This document shows, piece by piece, positions 62,317 through 64,000 of a DNA stretch of 64,000 nucleotides. Location of the stretch: contig NC_092673.1 of assembly GCF_964355755.1 (NCBI RefSeq), forward strand, positions 28,827,648 through 28,891,647. The letters are read 5' to 3'. Source of the stretch: Antedon mediterranea (taxonomy: Eukaryota; Animalia; Echinodermata). Each line of letters opens with the position of its first letter. The first letter of the stretch is position 1. The position numbers were made by a program, and so were the translations under genes. The notes beneath the pieces were generated by a model. The model saw only the letters and a list, made by a program, of their open reading frames with translations. It did no database searches and had not been told where the DNA came from.

Positions 62317-64000
62317 GATGAGAAGGATAGTCAGCAGCCCAAATTATGTTTCAATAATGTAGATGAGGTACACTTTATTAACATAGTTCCACTTTATTAA
62401 AATAGTGCCACTTTATTAACATAGTGCCAGTTTAAATTAGTAAAGAAAATTAAATTATGTCAGGAAACTTGTTCTTGAATTTAATTCTACAAAATAGGTT
62501 TGCACCTCATGAGAGAAAAACTAATGATTTCACTTTGATTTGAGTGTTTACTGTAATCTGCAATTGAAAGTTGTATGTTATGAAGCCAAACAGCTTAATT
62601 GATGAAATATGTTCATATATGTGTGTGTGTGTGTGTCGGCTTGTAAAATGCAAGGTATTGCTTTCTGTAAAATGTATTCGTTCAGTCATGAAGTAATGTA
62701 TATAGATCTTAATATAGTAAAGATCTGTCTACACTATCAAACTAGTTTGACAAAAAAAATGTATGTGCCCAAATATGGTAGTGATATAACGAAAGATAGT
62801 AGTGATATGACATCATCATGTCCATATATGGAAAAATCACATTTATTTGTCACATACAGTTTGATTGTAGTTTTCTGGCCGCTGTGACAGGTAGAAAGAT
62901 TTACGTTTACCGTACCTCGTGTGTATAAATTCATCATCTCCATGTTGATAAATGTATCTAAAATAAAACATTTGAATATTAAAGATCTATCAATGCATGC
63001 ATTTTGTTAACAAATTGATACATAGTACATCCTCATCTTGTTTAGATCCTCAATTATTACTCTTCTCTTTCCTCTCATTTTACTTTACTTACAGTACTTA
63101 CTTAGTCCGGGACATACCTAAACTAATATGACTAGATTCCTCCATAACTTCCTATCTGCCATTGTGACACCCAGTTCATTTCTGCATACCAGTATCCGTC
63201 TCTAGTACATCAATGTGAGTGCTGGTCATCCTTGTTTTGAGAGCCCATGTTTTGGCTGCCACAGCAGAACATCTTAAATAATTTCTTCTTTATTTTATAG
63301 AATCATTTTCTAGCAAAATGTACCAAATTTATTTTATACTGTACAGTCTTACTCTTCTATAAAAGTACTTTATATCAAAGTGTTACTAACCTCGAAAATC
63401 AAATACAATAATAACCTTTTTGGTAAGTCGGTAAATTTCCAAATTAGTGTAAATTACATATTATCTCACATTATTAAATTACATATTATCTCACATTATT
63501 AAATTATTTCATTAGATTAACCTTTAATTATCATTGTTTATGAATCATAATCTTATTAAATTATAATCAATTTGTGATTAATTAGCATAAATAAAGTTCC
63601 AAGTAAAATGAGTTACCAGTACTTAACTGTGTGGGTCATGGCTATGTTAAAATGATGACAGAAAACGATGAGTTATTTATAATATTTCGTACTTAAATTG
63701 CACTTCCAATGATACTTGCATATTTCATTATCAAACTGTATACAAAGTAAAATAGAAGTAATAACTATATGTAGATATCCTTTTTTTTTGCTTGTGATCA
63801 TTGACCTGTTGAGCCTGTTCCTCTTGAAAAAGACAAGAAATAAGGTCATTTCAGGGAAAAATATTTATGTGGATTAAAATTTGCAATATAATTATTGACA
63901 AGGAAATAAGAAGCCGTTATGATCTTGTTCACAGTCAACATGTAGATTTCAACAGTTTTATTTTCACAAAGCAAATCCACTGCGTTTCTTTCACTTTGAA

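Overview
AT-rich, intron-rich animal genomic DNA, probably an invertebrate deuterostome (inferred from a Deu/Nin-domain SINE and vertebrate-like intron positions). I reconstructed five spliced genes by hand with consistent GT-AG phases: the 3' part of a GM130/GOLGA2 golgin (+), V-ATPase subunit G (+), a complete classical dynamin (-), a complete USP20/33 deubiquitinase (+), and the 5' PH-domain exons of a probable TBC1D2-family gene (+) that runs off the window. All five act in membrane traffic, and their human orthologues or paralogues lie on chromosome 9q. Non-coding DNA is dense in mobile elements: about 20 Harbinger-type MITEs, hAT and Tc1/mariner MITEs, a Helitron, SINEs, LINE tails and Penelope-like termini with hammerhead remnants. 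Two larger elements stand out. A 2.7-kb Academ-like foldback element sits in the dynamin/USP20 head-to-head promoter. A 4.2-kb Mutator-like element carries a series of TATA + A-box + B-box + T-run (Pol III-type) cassettes. All family assignments come from motif recognition by eye, not database searches.
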